A stretch of 32,000 nucleotides of DNA. Source: Alkalilimnicola ehrlichii MLHE-1 (GTDB taxonomy: Bacteria; Pseudomonadota; Gammaproteobacteria; Nitrococcales; Halorhodospiraceae). The stretch lies in assembly GCF_000014785.1 (NCBI RefSeq), contig NC_008340.1:990001-1022000 (forward strand), given 5' to 3'. This document shows, one piece after another, positions 24,462 through 32,000 of this stretch; position 1 is the first letter of the stretch, and each line of letters begins with the position of its first letter. The notes below the pieces were generated by a model. The model was not told the DNA's origin. It worked only from the letters and a program-made list of their open reading frames with translations, and did no database searches. Both the position numbers and the translations under genes were made by a program.

Positions 24462-25202
24462 ATGGATCGCTTGGTTTACCTGGCCATGACCGGGGCGAAG
24501 CACACCCTGGAGGCCCAGCAGCACAATAACCACAACCTGGCCAACGTGGACACGCCCGGCTTCCGCGCCGACCTGGACGCGTTGATGTCGGCGCCGGTGC
24601 GCGGCCCGGGGCACGATGCCCGGGCCTACTCCGAGGCGCTCACGGTGGGCAGCGACTTTCGCCAGGGCGGCATCGTACAGACCGGGCGGGCGCTGGATGT
24701 GGCCATTGACGGTGACGGTTGGTTGGCGGTTCAGGCCCCCGATGGGGGTGAGGCCTACACCCGCCGGGGGGATCTGCAGATCGCCGACGGCGGCTTGTTG
24801 ACCACCGGTGACGGGCACCTGGTCATGGGTGAGGCCGGACCGGTGGCCATCCCGCCGGCGGACGAGATCGAGATCGGGGCCGACGGCACCCTCAGCATCA
24901 TTCCCGCCGGGCAGAATCCGGACCAGTGGGTGGAGTTGGACCGGCTCAAGCTGGTGGACCCGGCTCTCCAGGACCTGCGCAAGGACAATGACGGCCTGTT
25001 CCGGCTGGTGGATGGAGGGGAGGCCGAGGCGGACGCCGGCGTGCGCCTGGTCTCCGGCGCCTACGAGGGTAGCAACGTCAACATGGTGGATGCGCTGGTG
25101 AAGATGATCGACCACGCCCGCCAGTTCGAGACCTACGTCAAGATGATGACGGCGGCCGAGGAGAACGACCAGACCAGCGCCCAGTTGTTGCGCAACAGCT
25201 AA
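24462..25202 (+). CDS. flgF: Flagellar basal-body rod protein FlgF
   Basis: ORF 24408..25202, trimmed to the ATG at 24462 (GGGGAGG upstream). MDRLVYLAMTGAKHTLEAQQHNNHNLANVDTPGFRAD at the N-terminus and SGAYEGSNVNMVDALVKMIDHARQFETYVKMM at the C-terminus. Confidence 0.9.
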   Translation: MDRLVYLAMTGAKHTLEAQQHNNHNLANVDTPGFRADLDALMSAPVRGPGHDARAYSEALTVGSDFRQGGIVQTGRALDVAIDGDGWLAVQAPDGGEAYTRRGDLQIADGGLLTTGDGHLVMGEAGPVAIPPADEIEIGADGTLSIIPAGQNPDQWVELDRLKLVDPALQDLRKDNDGLFRLVDGGEAEADAGVRLVSGAYEGSNVNMVDALVKMIDHARQFETYVKMMTAAEENDQTSAQLLRNS

Positions 25203-25207
25203 TGACC

Positions 25208-25574
25208 ACGCGGTAGGTCACACGCCGTCTGGACTGCCACGCCCCCTGCGGGGGCTCGCAGTGACGGGTGGGGGAGGCGGCACCCCCGTCATCGCGAGCC
25301 CCCCGCCCCGCTGCGCGGGCGCGAATCAGCGAGGAACGGGGCACCCCCGTCATCGCGAGGGCCGCAGGCCCGTGGCGATCCAGGGCGGTAGACTGCCACG
25401 TCGGCTTCGCCTCCTCGCAGTGACGGTGGGGGTGGGGCCGCGCTCGCAGTGAGGGTAGGGGGCGCCCGCAGCGTCTGGCCATGTTCATCAAGAGGGCCGA
25501 AGGCCCGCGGCGATCCACACGCCGGCTTGGACTGCCACGCCCCCTGCGGGGGCTCGCAGTGACGGGTGGGGGTG
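25208..25574. repeat. Cluster of at least 3-4 stacked copies or fragments of a roughly 90-nt G-rich palindromic element, filling the flgF-flgG gap
   Basis: An exact 44-nt direct repeat, GGACTGCCACGCCCCCTGCGGGGGCTCGCAGTGACGGGTGGGGG, occurs at 25231..25274 and 25529..25572. A complete unit at 25342..25434 has inverted ends CACCCCCGTCATCGCGAGG / CCTCGCAGTGACGGTGGGGGTG and inner arms CGTGGCGATCCA / TAGACTGCCACG. Extra arm fragments lie at 25281..25300 and about 25441..25462. Confidence 0.85.
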
Positions 25575-25581
25575 CCGAAAA

Positions 25582-25597
25582 TGGCCCCGATCTTGCA
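25582..25597 (+). promoter_or_regulatory. Sigma-54 promoter of flgGHIJ(KL)
   Basis: TGGCCC-cgatc-TTGCA has the correct GG-N10-GC spacing, 47 nt upstream of the flgG ATG. Confidence 0.65.
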
Positions 25598-25643
25598 ATC
25601 AAGCCGGTAACGGCAGGAAACCGACACCACGGAGGCACATGCC

Positions 25644-26429
25644 ATGAATCCAGCACTTTGGGTGGCCAAGACCGGCCTGGATGCGCAGCAGACGCGTATG
25701 CAGGTGGTGTCCAACAACCTGGCCAACGTCAACACCACCGGCTTCAAGAAGGACCGGGCCAACTTCGAGGACCTGATCTACCAGACGGTCCGCCAAGCCG
25801 GCGGCCAGAGCACCCAGGACACCCTTCTGCCCACCGGGCTGAATCTGGGGACCGGGGTCCGGGTCACCTCCACGGAAAAGATCCACATGCAGGGCAACAT
25901 CCAGCAGACCGAGAACTCGCTGGATATCGCCATTGAGGGCGACGGCTTCTTCCAGATCCTCATGCCCGATGGCGAGATCGCCTACAGCCGCGACGGCAGC
26001 TTCAACGTCGATGACCAGGGCCAGATGGTGACCTCCTCCGGCTACCAACTGCAGCCGCCCATCAATATCCCGGACGACGCGGTCAGCGTCACCATCGGCC
26101 GTGACGGCACCGTCAGCGCCCGCCTGCCCGGTCAGGCCGATCCGCAGCAGCTCGGCAACATCCAGCTGGCCGACTTCATCAATCCGGCGGGACTCGATGC
26201 CATGGGCGGCAACCTGTTCCGCGAGACCGCCGCCAGCGGCCCGCCACAGATCAGCGACCCGGGCCTGGACGGTGTCGGTACCCTCCTGCAGGGCGCGCTG
26301 GAGAGCTCCAACGTCAACATTGCCGAGGAACTGGTCAACATGATCGAGACCCAGCGGGCCTTCGAGACCAACACCAAGGCCATCTCGTCCACCGACCAGA
26401 TGCTGCAGTTCATCAACAACAACATCTAA
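25644..26429 (+). CDS. flgG: Flagellar distal rod protein FlgG
   Basis: [44 protein letters not shown] at the N-terminus and [36 protein letters not shown] at the C-terminus. Confidence 0.95.
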   Translation: MNPALWVAKTGLDAQQTRMQVVSNNLANVNTTGFKKDRANFEDLIYQTVRQAGGQSTQDTLLPTGLNLGTGVRVTSTEKIHMQGNIQQTENSLDIAIEGDGFFQILMPDGEIAYSRDGSFNVDDQGQMVTSSGYQLQPPINIPDDAVSVTIGRDGTVSARLPGQADPQQLGNIQLADFINPAGLDAMGGNLFRETAASGPPQISDPGLDGVGTLLQGALESSNVNIAEELVNMIETQRAFETNTKAISSTDQMLQFINNNI

Positions 26430-26440
26430 GGAGCGCGGCG

Positions 26441-27115
26441 ATGAACCACCGGCTCATCAAATGGCTGTTCATGGCCCTGGCGGTCACCGCGCTGGCGGGG
26501 TGCGCCGGCATGCCCGACCAGGCCCCCAAGCCGCTGCCACTGCCGGAGATCGCGGAGCCCGAGCGCCAGAACAACGGCGCCATCTACCAGGCCGGCGGTG
26601 AGCAACGGCTGTTCGAGGACCGGCGCTCACGGCGGGTGGGTGATGTGATCACCGTGCTGTTCGAAGAGAACACCGATGCCAGCAAGTCCAACAGCAGCTC
26701 CATGACCAAGAGCAGTAGCGCCGAGTTGCCGGCACCGACCGTGGCCGGCCGTGGTGCCACCCGTGGCGGGGTGCCGCTGGAGTTCGACGCCCAGGCCGAT
26801 CGCAGCTTCAGCGGAGACGGGGCCGCCGACCAGAGCAATCAGCTCACCGGCACCCTGACCGCCATCGTCACCGATACCATGCCCAACGGCTACCTGGTCA
26901 TCGAGGGGCAGAAGAAGCTGACCCTCAATCAGGGTGCGGAGTACGTGACCATCTCGGGCATTGTGCGACCCGATGACGTGGGCGCCGACAATACCGTCTC
27001 GTCGCTGCGCGTGGCCAATGCCCAGATCGCCTACACGGGGACCGGGGCGCTGGCCGACAGCAACCGCCCCGGCTGGCTGACCCGGGTGTTCAACAGTCGC
27101 TGGTGGCCGTTGTAA
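26441..27115 (+). CDS. flgH: Flagellar L-ring lipoprotein FlgH
   Basis: Lipobox ALAGC after the signal peptide, plus RRVGDVITVLFEENT, NGYLVIEGQKKLTLNQG and YVTISGIVRPDD. Confidence 0.93.
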   Translation: MNHRLIKWLFMALAVTALAGCAGMPDQAPKPLPLPEIAEPERQNNGAIYQAGGEQRLFEDRRSRRVGDVITVLFEENTDASKSNSSSMTKSSSAELPAPTVAGRGATRGGVPLEFDAQADRSFSGDGAADQSNQLTGTLTAIVTDTMPNGYLVIEGQKKLTLNQGAEYVTISGIVRPDDVGADNTVSSLRVANAQIAYTGTGALADSNRPGWLTRVFNSRWWPL

Positions 27116-27133
27116 GGCCGCCGAGGGGGGATC

Positions 27134-28264
27134 ATGCGACAAGCACATTGGGGGACCACCCGCCTGACCTTGATCGGCCTGCTCGCCGTCATCGTCCTGC
27201 TGATGGGCGGACTGGCCCAGGCCGAACGGATCAAGGACATCGCCTCGGTTCAGGGCGTGCGCAGCAACCAACTGGTGGGCTACGGCCTGGTGGTGGGGCT
27301 GGACGGGACCGGTGATCAGTCCAGCCAGGCCCCGTTCACCATCCAGAGCATCCGCTCCATGCTGGCGGCGCAGGGTATCGCCATACCCGACAACGTGAAC
27401 ATGCAGGTGGACAACGTGGCCGCGGTGATGGTCACCGCCGAATTGCCGCCCTTTGCCCGCCAGGGCCAGACCCTGGATATCACCGTCTCCTCGCTGGGCA
27501 ACGCCGACAGCCTGCGCGGCGGCACGCTGCTGATGACCCCGCTGCGTGGCGCCGACGGCGAGGTCTACGCCATGGCCCAGGGCAATATGCTGGTGGGCGG
27601 GTTTGGCGCCGAGGGGGCGGACGGCTCCCGCATCACCGTCAACATCCCCAGTGCCGGCACCATCCCCAACGGCGCCACTGTGGAGCGGGAGGTGCGCAGC
27701 CCCTTCGCCCAGCAGGGCGACATCGTGCTCAATCTGAACACCCCCGACTTCACCACCGCCCACCGGGTGGCGGAGGCCATCAACGAGACCCTGGGCCCGA
27801 ATACCGCCCAGGCCCAGGACGCCGTCTCCATCCGGGTACAGGCCCCGCAGACCCCCAACCAGCGGGTCAGTTTCATGAGCTACCTGGAGGAGATCCGGGT
27901 CACTCCGGCGGAGGCACCGGCCAGGGTCATCGTCAACGCGCGCACCGGATCGGTGGTCATTGGCAGCGAGGTGAAGGTGCGACCGGCGGCCATCACCCAT
28001 GGCAGCCTTACCGTGACCATTACCGAGGCGCCTTTCGTGGTCCAGCCCGATCCCTTCACCGAGGGCGAGACCATGGTGGTGCCGCAGACCGACATCGAGA
28101 TCGAGGAGCAGGCCAACCCCATGTTCGTCTTCGGTCCGGGCACCACGCTGGATGAGATCGTCAACGCGGTCAATCGGGTGGGCGCGGCGCCGGGGGATCT
28201 GGTCTCCATCCTCGAGGCGCTGAAGCGGGCCGGTGCGCTGCGTGCGGAACTCATCATCATCTGA
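27134..28264 (+). CDS. flgI: Flagellar P-ring protein FlgI
   Basis: [46 protein letters not shown] and the C-terminal [20 protein letters not shown] match FlgI. Confidence 0.95.
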   Translation: MRQAHWGTTRLTLIGLLAVIVLLMGGLAQAERIKDIASVQGVRSNQLVGYGLVVGLDGTGDQSSQAPFTIQSIRSMLAAQGIAIPDNVNMQVDNVAAVMVTAELPPFARQGQTLDITVSSLGNADSLRGGTLLMTPLRGADGEVYAMAQGNMLVGGFGAEGADGSRITVNIPSAGTIPNGATVEREVRSPFAQQGDIVLNLNTPDFTTAHRVAEAINETLGPNTAQAQDAVSIRVQAPQTPNQRVSFMSYLEEIRVTPAEAPARVIVNARTGSVVIGSEVKVRPAAITHGSLTVTITEAPFVVQPDPFTEGETMVVPQTDIEIEEQANPMFVFGPGTTLDEIVNAVNRVGAAPGDLVSILEALKRAGALRAELIII

Positions 28265-28273
28265 GGTGGGGCA

Positions 28274-29389
28274 ATGAATCTTCATAGCCAGGGTGCGCAG
28301 GTCCATGCCGACAACGCCCTCGACCCGGCCGCCGGAGCAGCGCGGCTGCGCCGGGGGCTGCAGAACCCCTCGCGCGAGGCCATCGCCGATGTGGCCCAGC
28401 AGTTCGAGAGCCTGTTCGTGCAGATGATGCTCAAGCAGATGCGCACCACCACCCCGGGCAACGACCTGTTCGGCAGCCAGGCCGAGGACCAGTACCGGGA
28501 CGTGCTCGATCAGCAGTTGGCCATGAACATGGCCGCAACCGGCCAGGGGCTGGGACTGGCCGAGGCGGTGGAGCGGCAGATGCTCCAGCACGCCGGCCTG
28601 GATGAGGGCACCGGGCAGGGGGCACCGAAGGACTTGGCGGACTACCGGCGGGAGGCCATCCCCGCCCGGGCCACCCCGTGGGCACGGGCCCGCCCCGCGG
28701 ACACCGGCGCCGAGGGCGGTGACGGTCGCCCGGCTGTGAAGCCGGTTCTGGACGGTCTGAAGATGCCGGCCTTCGACCGCCCTGTGGCTCCGAAGGCGGG
28801 GGCAGCGGAGCCTGAGGGCGCCAGTGATTCGGCGTCGACCGCGGCTGACAACGGTCAGTCCGCCGGCGGTCCGCCCTGGGACAGCCCCGCTGAATTCGTC
28901 GAGGGTTTATTGCCGGCGGCCCGGGAGACCGCCGCCGAGCTGGGTGTCTCCCCCCGCGCCCTGATCGCGCAGGCGGCGCTGGAGACCGGCTGGGGCCAGC
29001 ACGTGATTGACCGGGGTGAGCAGGGCAGCAGCCACAACCTGTTCAATATCAAATCCCACGGCTGGGCCGGTGACAGCGTCAGCGTAGCGACGCTGGAGTA
29101 CCGGGAAGGCGTCGCTCAACGCGAGCAGGCCAGCTTCCGCGCCTACGGCGGAGTGGCGGAGAGCTTCCGGGACTATGCCGACTTCCTGCGCCGCAACCCG
29201 CGCTACAGCGAGGCGCTGGCGGTCGGCCACGACCCCTCGGCCTTTGTCCACGCCCTGCAGGACGCGGGTTATGCCACCGACCCCCGGTACGCCGAGAAGT
29301 TGGAGCGGGTGATGAACAGCGAGCACCTGCGGCATGTGGACGACACCCCGCTGCGCCTGGCCGATGGCGGTGGCCGGACGTCCGGGTGA
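28274..29389 (+). CDS. flgJ: Flagellar rod-assembly protein / peptidoglycan hydrolase FlgJ
   Basis: The N-terminal rod-binding region (QQFESLFVQMMLKQMR) is joined by a Pro/Ala/Gly-rich linker to a C-terminal glucosaminidase domain (AQAALETGWG, NLFNIK, YATDPRYAEKL). Confidence 0.9.
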   Translation: MNLHSQGAQVHADNALDPAAGAARLRRGLQNPSREAIADVAQQFESLFVQMMLKQMRTTTPGNDLFGSQAEDQYRDVLDQQLAMNMAATGQGLGLAEAVERQMLQHAGLDEGTGQGAPKDLADYRREAIPARATPWARARPADTGAEGGDGRPAVKPVLDGLKMPAFDRPVAPKAGAAEPEGASDSASTAADNGQSAGGPPWDSPAEFVEGLLPAARETAAELGVSPRALIAQAALETGWGQHVIDRGEQGSSHNLFNIKSHGWAGDSVSVATLEYREGVAQREQASFRAYGGVAESFRDYADFLRRNPRYSEALAVGHDPSAFVHALQDAGYATDPRYAEKLERVMNSEHLRHVDDTPLRLADGGGRTSG

Positions 29390-29398
29390 TGCGGCCGT

Positions 29399-29425
29399 TC
29401 AAGTCGCGGTGACCGCGGCCGATAC
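29399..29425 (+). promoter_or_regulatory. Candidate sigma-28 promoter of flgKL
   Basis: TCAAGTCG-cggtgaccgcg-GCCGATAC has an exact 11-nt spacer. The -10 matches GCCGATAA at 7/8 and the -35 matches TAAAGTTT at 5/8. It shares the TCAAGT -35 core with the cheV candidate. Confidence 0.55.
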
Positions 29426-29473
29426 CGGTAACTGGCGGGCTGGGTTCAGCCCCCGTGCAGGAGAGATGCAGTC

Positions 29474-31561
29474 ATGTCGGGCACGATGAACACGGGCATA
29501 TCCGGCTTGATGGCGGCCCAGCGGGCCCTTGCCGCCACCTCGCACAACATCAGCAACGTCAACACCGAGGGCTTCAGCCGGCAGCGGGTGGAGCAGAGCA
29601 GCCGGCTGCCCACCGGTAGCGGCGCGGGGTTCGTGGGTAACGGTGTCCAGGTGGACACCGTCCGCCGGCTGGCGGATCAGAACCTGATCGAGAACGTCCG
29701 CAACAACACCTCTGAGTTCGAGCGCCTGGACACCATGGCCGAACTCTCCGGCCGGGTGGACAACCTGCTGGCCGACGCCGATGCCGGCCTCTCGCCGGCG
29801 TTGCAGGATTTCTTTGCCGCCCTGGACGATCTGGCCAACGACCCCAACGCCACCACCGCCAAGCAGCAGGTGCTGAGCGCAGCCGACACCCTGGCCACCC
29901 GCTTTAACACCCTGGACCGGCGCACCGCCGAGCTGGAGCGGGAGGTCAACCAGGCGACCCGGCAGCAGGTCAGCACCATGAACCAGCTCTCGGAGTCGGT
30001 GGCCGACCTGAACCGGGAGATCGTTCGCGAGCAGAACCGGGTCGGTCAGCCGCCCAACGACCTGCTGGACCAGCGGGATGAGTTGCTGCGCAGGATGGCC
30101 GAGATCGCCGACGTGCGGGTGGTGGCCCAGACCGACGGGGCCGTGAATGTGGCGGTGGGCACCGGCCAGCCGGTGGTCAATGGCACCACCGCCAACCGCA
30201 TCGAAATCGGCCCCGCTGACGGGGACCCCGAGCAACTGGACCTGTTCGTGGAGACCGCCGGCGGGCGGGTTAATGTCACGAGCAACCTCACCGGCGGCGG
30301 GCTGGGTGGGCTGATGGAGTTCCGCGACCAGGTGCTCAACCCGGTGAACGACGAGCTGGGCCGGATCGCGGTCACCGTGGCCGAGACCCTCAACGCCCAG
30401 CACAATCTCGGTGTTCAGTTCGACTCCGGGGAGCCCCGTCCGGGGGCCGACCTGTTCAGCGTGGCGCCCCCGCGGATGACCGAGGTGACCAACGCCGACC
30501 CGGCCACACGCCCGGCGGTGGGCTTCGACCGAGAGCGGATCGATCAGCTCACCGGGCAGAACTACAGCCTGCGCTACGAGGGCGGTGACACCTGGCGGCT
30601 GGTCAACGTCGATGACGCGGCGGGGACCCGCCGTTTCGACCTGGATGACCTGGAGACCGACGACGACGGTAACTATCTGCTGCGGGCCGACGGCCTGGCG
30701 ATCAACCTGGGCCCCGACCCCGACGGTGACTTCTCCCGCGGCGACCGCTTCGATATCCAGCCCACCCGGCTGGGGGCGAGCAGTATCGAAACCCGCCTGA
30801 GTCGTCCCAACCAAGTGGCGGCCGCCTCTGCGCTGATCTCGGGTGAGGGGGTGGACGGTGACGGCCAGTCGGCCAATACCGGCACCGGTCAGATCAGCCC
30901 CATCCAGCTGACCGCGGCGGACGACGGCGCGATCCCCCTCGACGAAACGATCGAACTGAACTTCGTCCTGGCGGGGGGCGACAATGACGAACCCGGCTTC
31001 GAGGCCGAGGTGCCCGATGGCCAGGGTGGTATGGCGGCGGTCTTTTTGCCTTATGACCCGGAGGCACTGGACGTGGAGGTCGGTGCCACCTTCAGCCTCG
31101 GCGCCGAACCGGATGCGGGTGCGGACGAGGACGGTTTTGACGGTTACCTCGGCCTGCCCGGCCTGGCCGGCCGTTTCACGCTCTCGGGGGTGCCCCGCGA
31201 AGGCGATACCTTCTCTATCGGCGGCAACCGCAGCGCCGTGGGGGATAACGGCAATGCCCTGGCCATGGTGGGGCTGGAGGACCTGGAGACCCTGGACGGG
31301 GGCAACACCACCTTCCAGGAGGCCTACAGCAGTCTGGTGGGGGACGTGGGGGCCAATACCCTGCGGGCGCAGTCCAACCGGGACGCCCAGGAGACCCTGC
31401 TCAACCAGTCCATCGAGGCCCGCGAGGCCGTGTCCGGCGTCAACCTGGACGAGGAGGCGGCCAACATGCTGCGCTTCCAGCAGGCCTACTCGGCATCGGC
31501 CCAGGTCATTGCCGTTTCCAACGAATTGTTCCAGACCCTACTGGGCGCGGTGCAGAGGTAA
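29474..31561 (+). CDS. flgK: Flagellar hook-associated protein 1 FlgK
   Basis: GISGLMAAQRALAATSHNISNVNTEGFSRQRV at the N-terminus and VNLDEEAANMLRFQQAYSASAQVIAVSNELFQTLLGAV at the C-terminus. AGGAGAG lies 8 nt upstream. Confidence 0.92.
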   Translation: MSGTMNTGISGLMAAQRALAATSHNISNVNTEGFSRQRVEQSSRLPTGSGAGFVGNGVQVDTVRRLADQNLIENVRNNTSEFERLDTMAELSGRVDNLLADADAGLSPALQDFFAALDDLANDPNATTAKQQVLSAADTLATRFNTLDRRTAELEREVNQATRQQVSTMNQLSESVADLNREIVREQNRVGQPPNDLLDQRDELLRRMAEIADVRVVAQTDGAVNVAVGTGQPVVNGTTANRIEIGPADGDPEQLDLFVETAGGRVNVTSNLTGGGLGGLMEFRDQVLNPVNDELGRIAVTVAETLNAQHNLGVQFDSGEPRPGADLFSVAPPRMTEVTNADPATRPAVGFDRERIDQLTGQNYSLRYEGGDTWRLVNVDDAAGTRRFDLDDLETDDDGNYLLRADGLAINLGPDPDGDFSRGDRFDIQPTRLGASSIETRLSRPNQVAAASALISGEGVDGDGQSANTGTGQISPIQLTAADDGAIPLDETIELNFVLAGGDNDEPGFEAEVPDGQGGMAAVFLPYDPEALDVEVGATFSLGAEPDAGADEDGFDGYLGLPGLAGRFTLSGVPREGDTFSIGGNRSAVGDNGNALAMVGLEDLETLDGGNTTFQEAYSSLVGDVGANTLRAQSNRDAQETLLNQSIEAREAVSGVNLDEEAANMLRFQQAYSASAQVIAVSNELFQTLLGAVQR

Positions 31562-31567
31562 GCAGCC

Positions 31568-32000
31568 ATGCGATTGTCCACCAGCCAACTGGCCCTGCAG
31601 GGGGTGAACAGCATCCTCTCCCAGCAGGCCTCGCTGTCGAAGACCCAGGCGCAACTGGCCAGCGGCCGGCAGATCCTGACCCCGTCGGACGACCCGGCCG
31701 GCGCCTCCCGCATCCTGGAGCTGGAGAAGGCCATCAATACCGTGGAGCGGTACAACCGCAACGCCGACCAGGCGGAGACCCGGTTGGGGCTATCGGAGAA
31801 CATCCTCAACGAGTTTGGCAACACCCTGCAGCGGGTGCGCGAGCTCTCCGTGCAGGCGGCCAACGGCTCGCAGGACCGGGAGACCCGGGCCTACATCGCC
31901 TCTGAGCTGCGCCAGGCCCAGGATCAACTCGTACAGCTCGCCAACACCGATGACGGCAACGGCGAGTTCCTGTTCGCCGGCTCCGAGACCCGCACCCAGC
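31568..32000 (+). CDS. flgL: Flagellar hook-associated protein 3 FlgL, N-terminal part. The gene runs off the right edge.
   Basis: Hand translation from the ATG at 31568 stays open to the window end: MRLSTSQLALQGVNSILSQQASLSKTQAQLASGRQILTPSDDPAGASRILELEKAINTVERYNRNADQAETRLGLSENIL... This is a flagellin-like N-terminal domain directly after flgK. Confidence 0.88.
   Translation, partial: MRLSTSQLALQGVNSILSQQASLSKTQAQLASGRQILTPSDDPAGASRILELEKAINTVERYNRNADQAETRLGLSENILNEFGNTLQRVRELSVQAANGSQDRETRAYIASELRQAQDQLVQLANTDDGNGEFLFAGSETRTQ

Noticed and set aside
25208-25574. Possible CRISPR array
   Set aside because: The repeats are of unequal length, partly inverted relative to each other and not separated by regular unique spacers. 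There are no cas genes in the window.
25138-25762. Small ORFs across the flgF-flgG gap (25138..25656 -, 25289..25762 -, 25261..25452 +, 25481..25936 +)
   Set aside because: They are translations of the palindromic repeat units, with repeated peptide strings such as RHCEPPQGAWQS. They lack Shine-Dalgarno sequences and run into neighbouring genes. They are not credible coding sequences.
26627-28591. 654-aa minus-strand ORF
   Set aside because: It is antisense to flgH, flgI and flgJ, which have unambiguous family signatures. It is an artifact of GC content.
29399-30814. 471-aa minus-strand ORF
   Set aside because: It is antisense to flgK and has the same artifact composition.
1-32000. Genomic island, prophage or defence-system signature
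   Set aside because: There are no integrase, transposase, tRNA, phage or toxin-like genes. I saw no compositional break apart from short AT-rich promoter patches. The gene content is housekeeping, motility and transport.

Overview
This is a visibly GC-rich window with dense, conserved bacterial gene content and no integrase, transposase, phage, CRISPR or defence genes. I did not find a convincing new multi-gene system and would rather say so than invent one. Left to right, the window holds six blocks. (1) A minus-strand uptake and catabolism cluster: D-2-hydroxyacid dehydrogenase, aldehyde dehydrogenase, TAXI-type TRAP solute receptor and a fused TRAP permease that runs off the left edge, with a divergent class-I aminotransferase. 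(2) A TonB-dependent outer-membrane receptor with its own upstream and downstream signals. (3) Two translationally coupled PaaI/hotdog thioesterases. (4) On the minus strand, an RND efflux adaptor and pump followed by a YhcB-family membrane protein. (5) The rpsP-rimM-trmD-rplS ribosomal operon. (6) A polar-flagellum-type cluster, flgN-flgM-flgA (minus) / cheV-cheR / flgBCDEF / flgGHIJKL (plus), with flgL running off the right edge. Sigma-54-type promoters can be read upstream of flgA, flgB and flgG, and sigma-28-type promoters upstream of flgM, cheV and flgK. The parts the genes do not explain are non-coding. A 441-bp block of stacked G-rich palindromic repeats splits flgF from flgG. A 134-bp element with 40-bp perfect inverted arms sits just upstream of the flgB promoter. 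A Fur-box-like promoter plus a strong terminator precedes the TonB receptor. There are structured intergenic hairpins in the TRAP operon and in-frame 36-bp repeats in yhcB. Many long ORFs in the supplied track are antisense artifacts of the high GC content. Taxon guess (inference only): a gammaproteobacterium with a polar flagellum, possibly halophilic given the very acidic periplasmic proteins.
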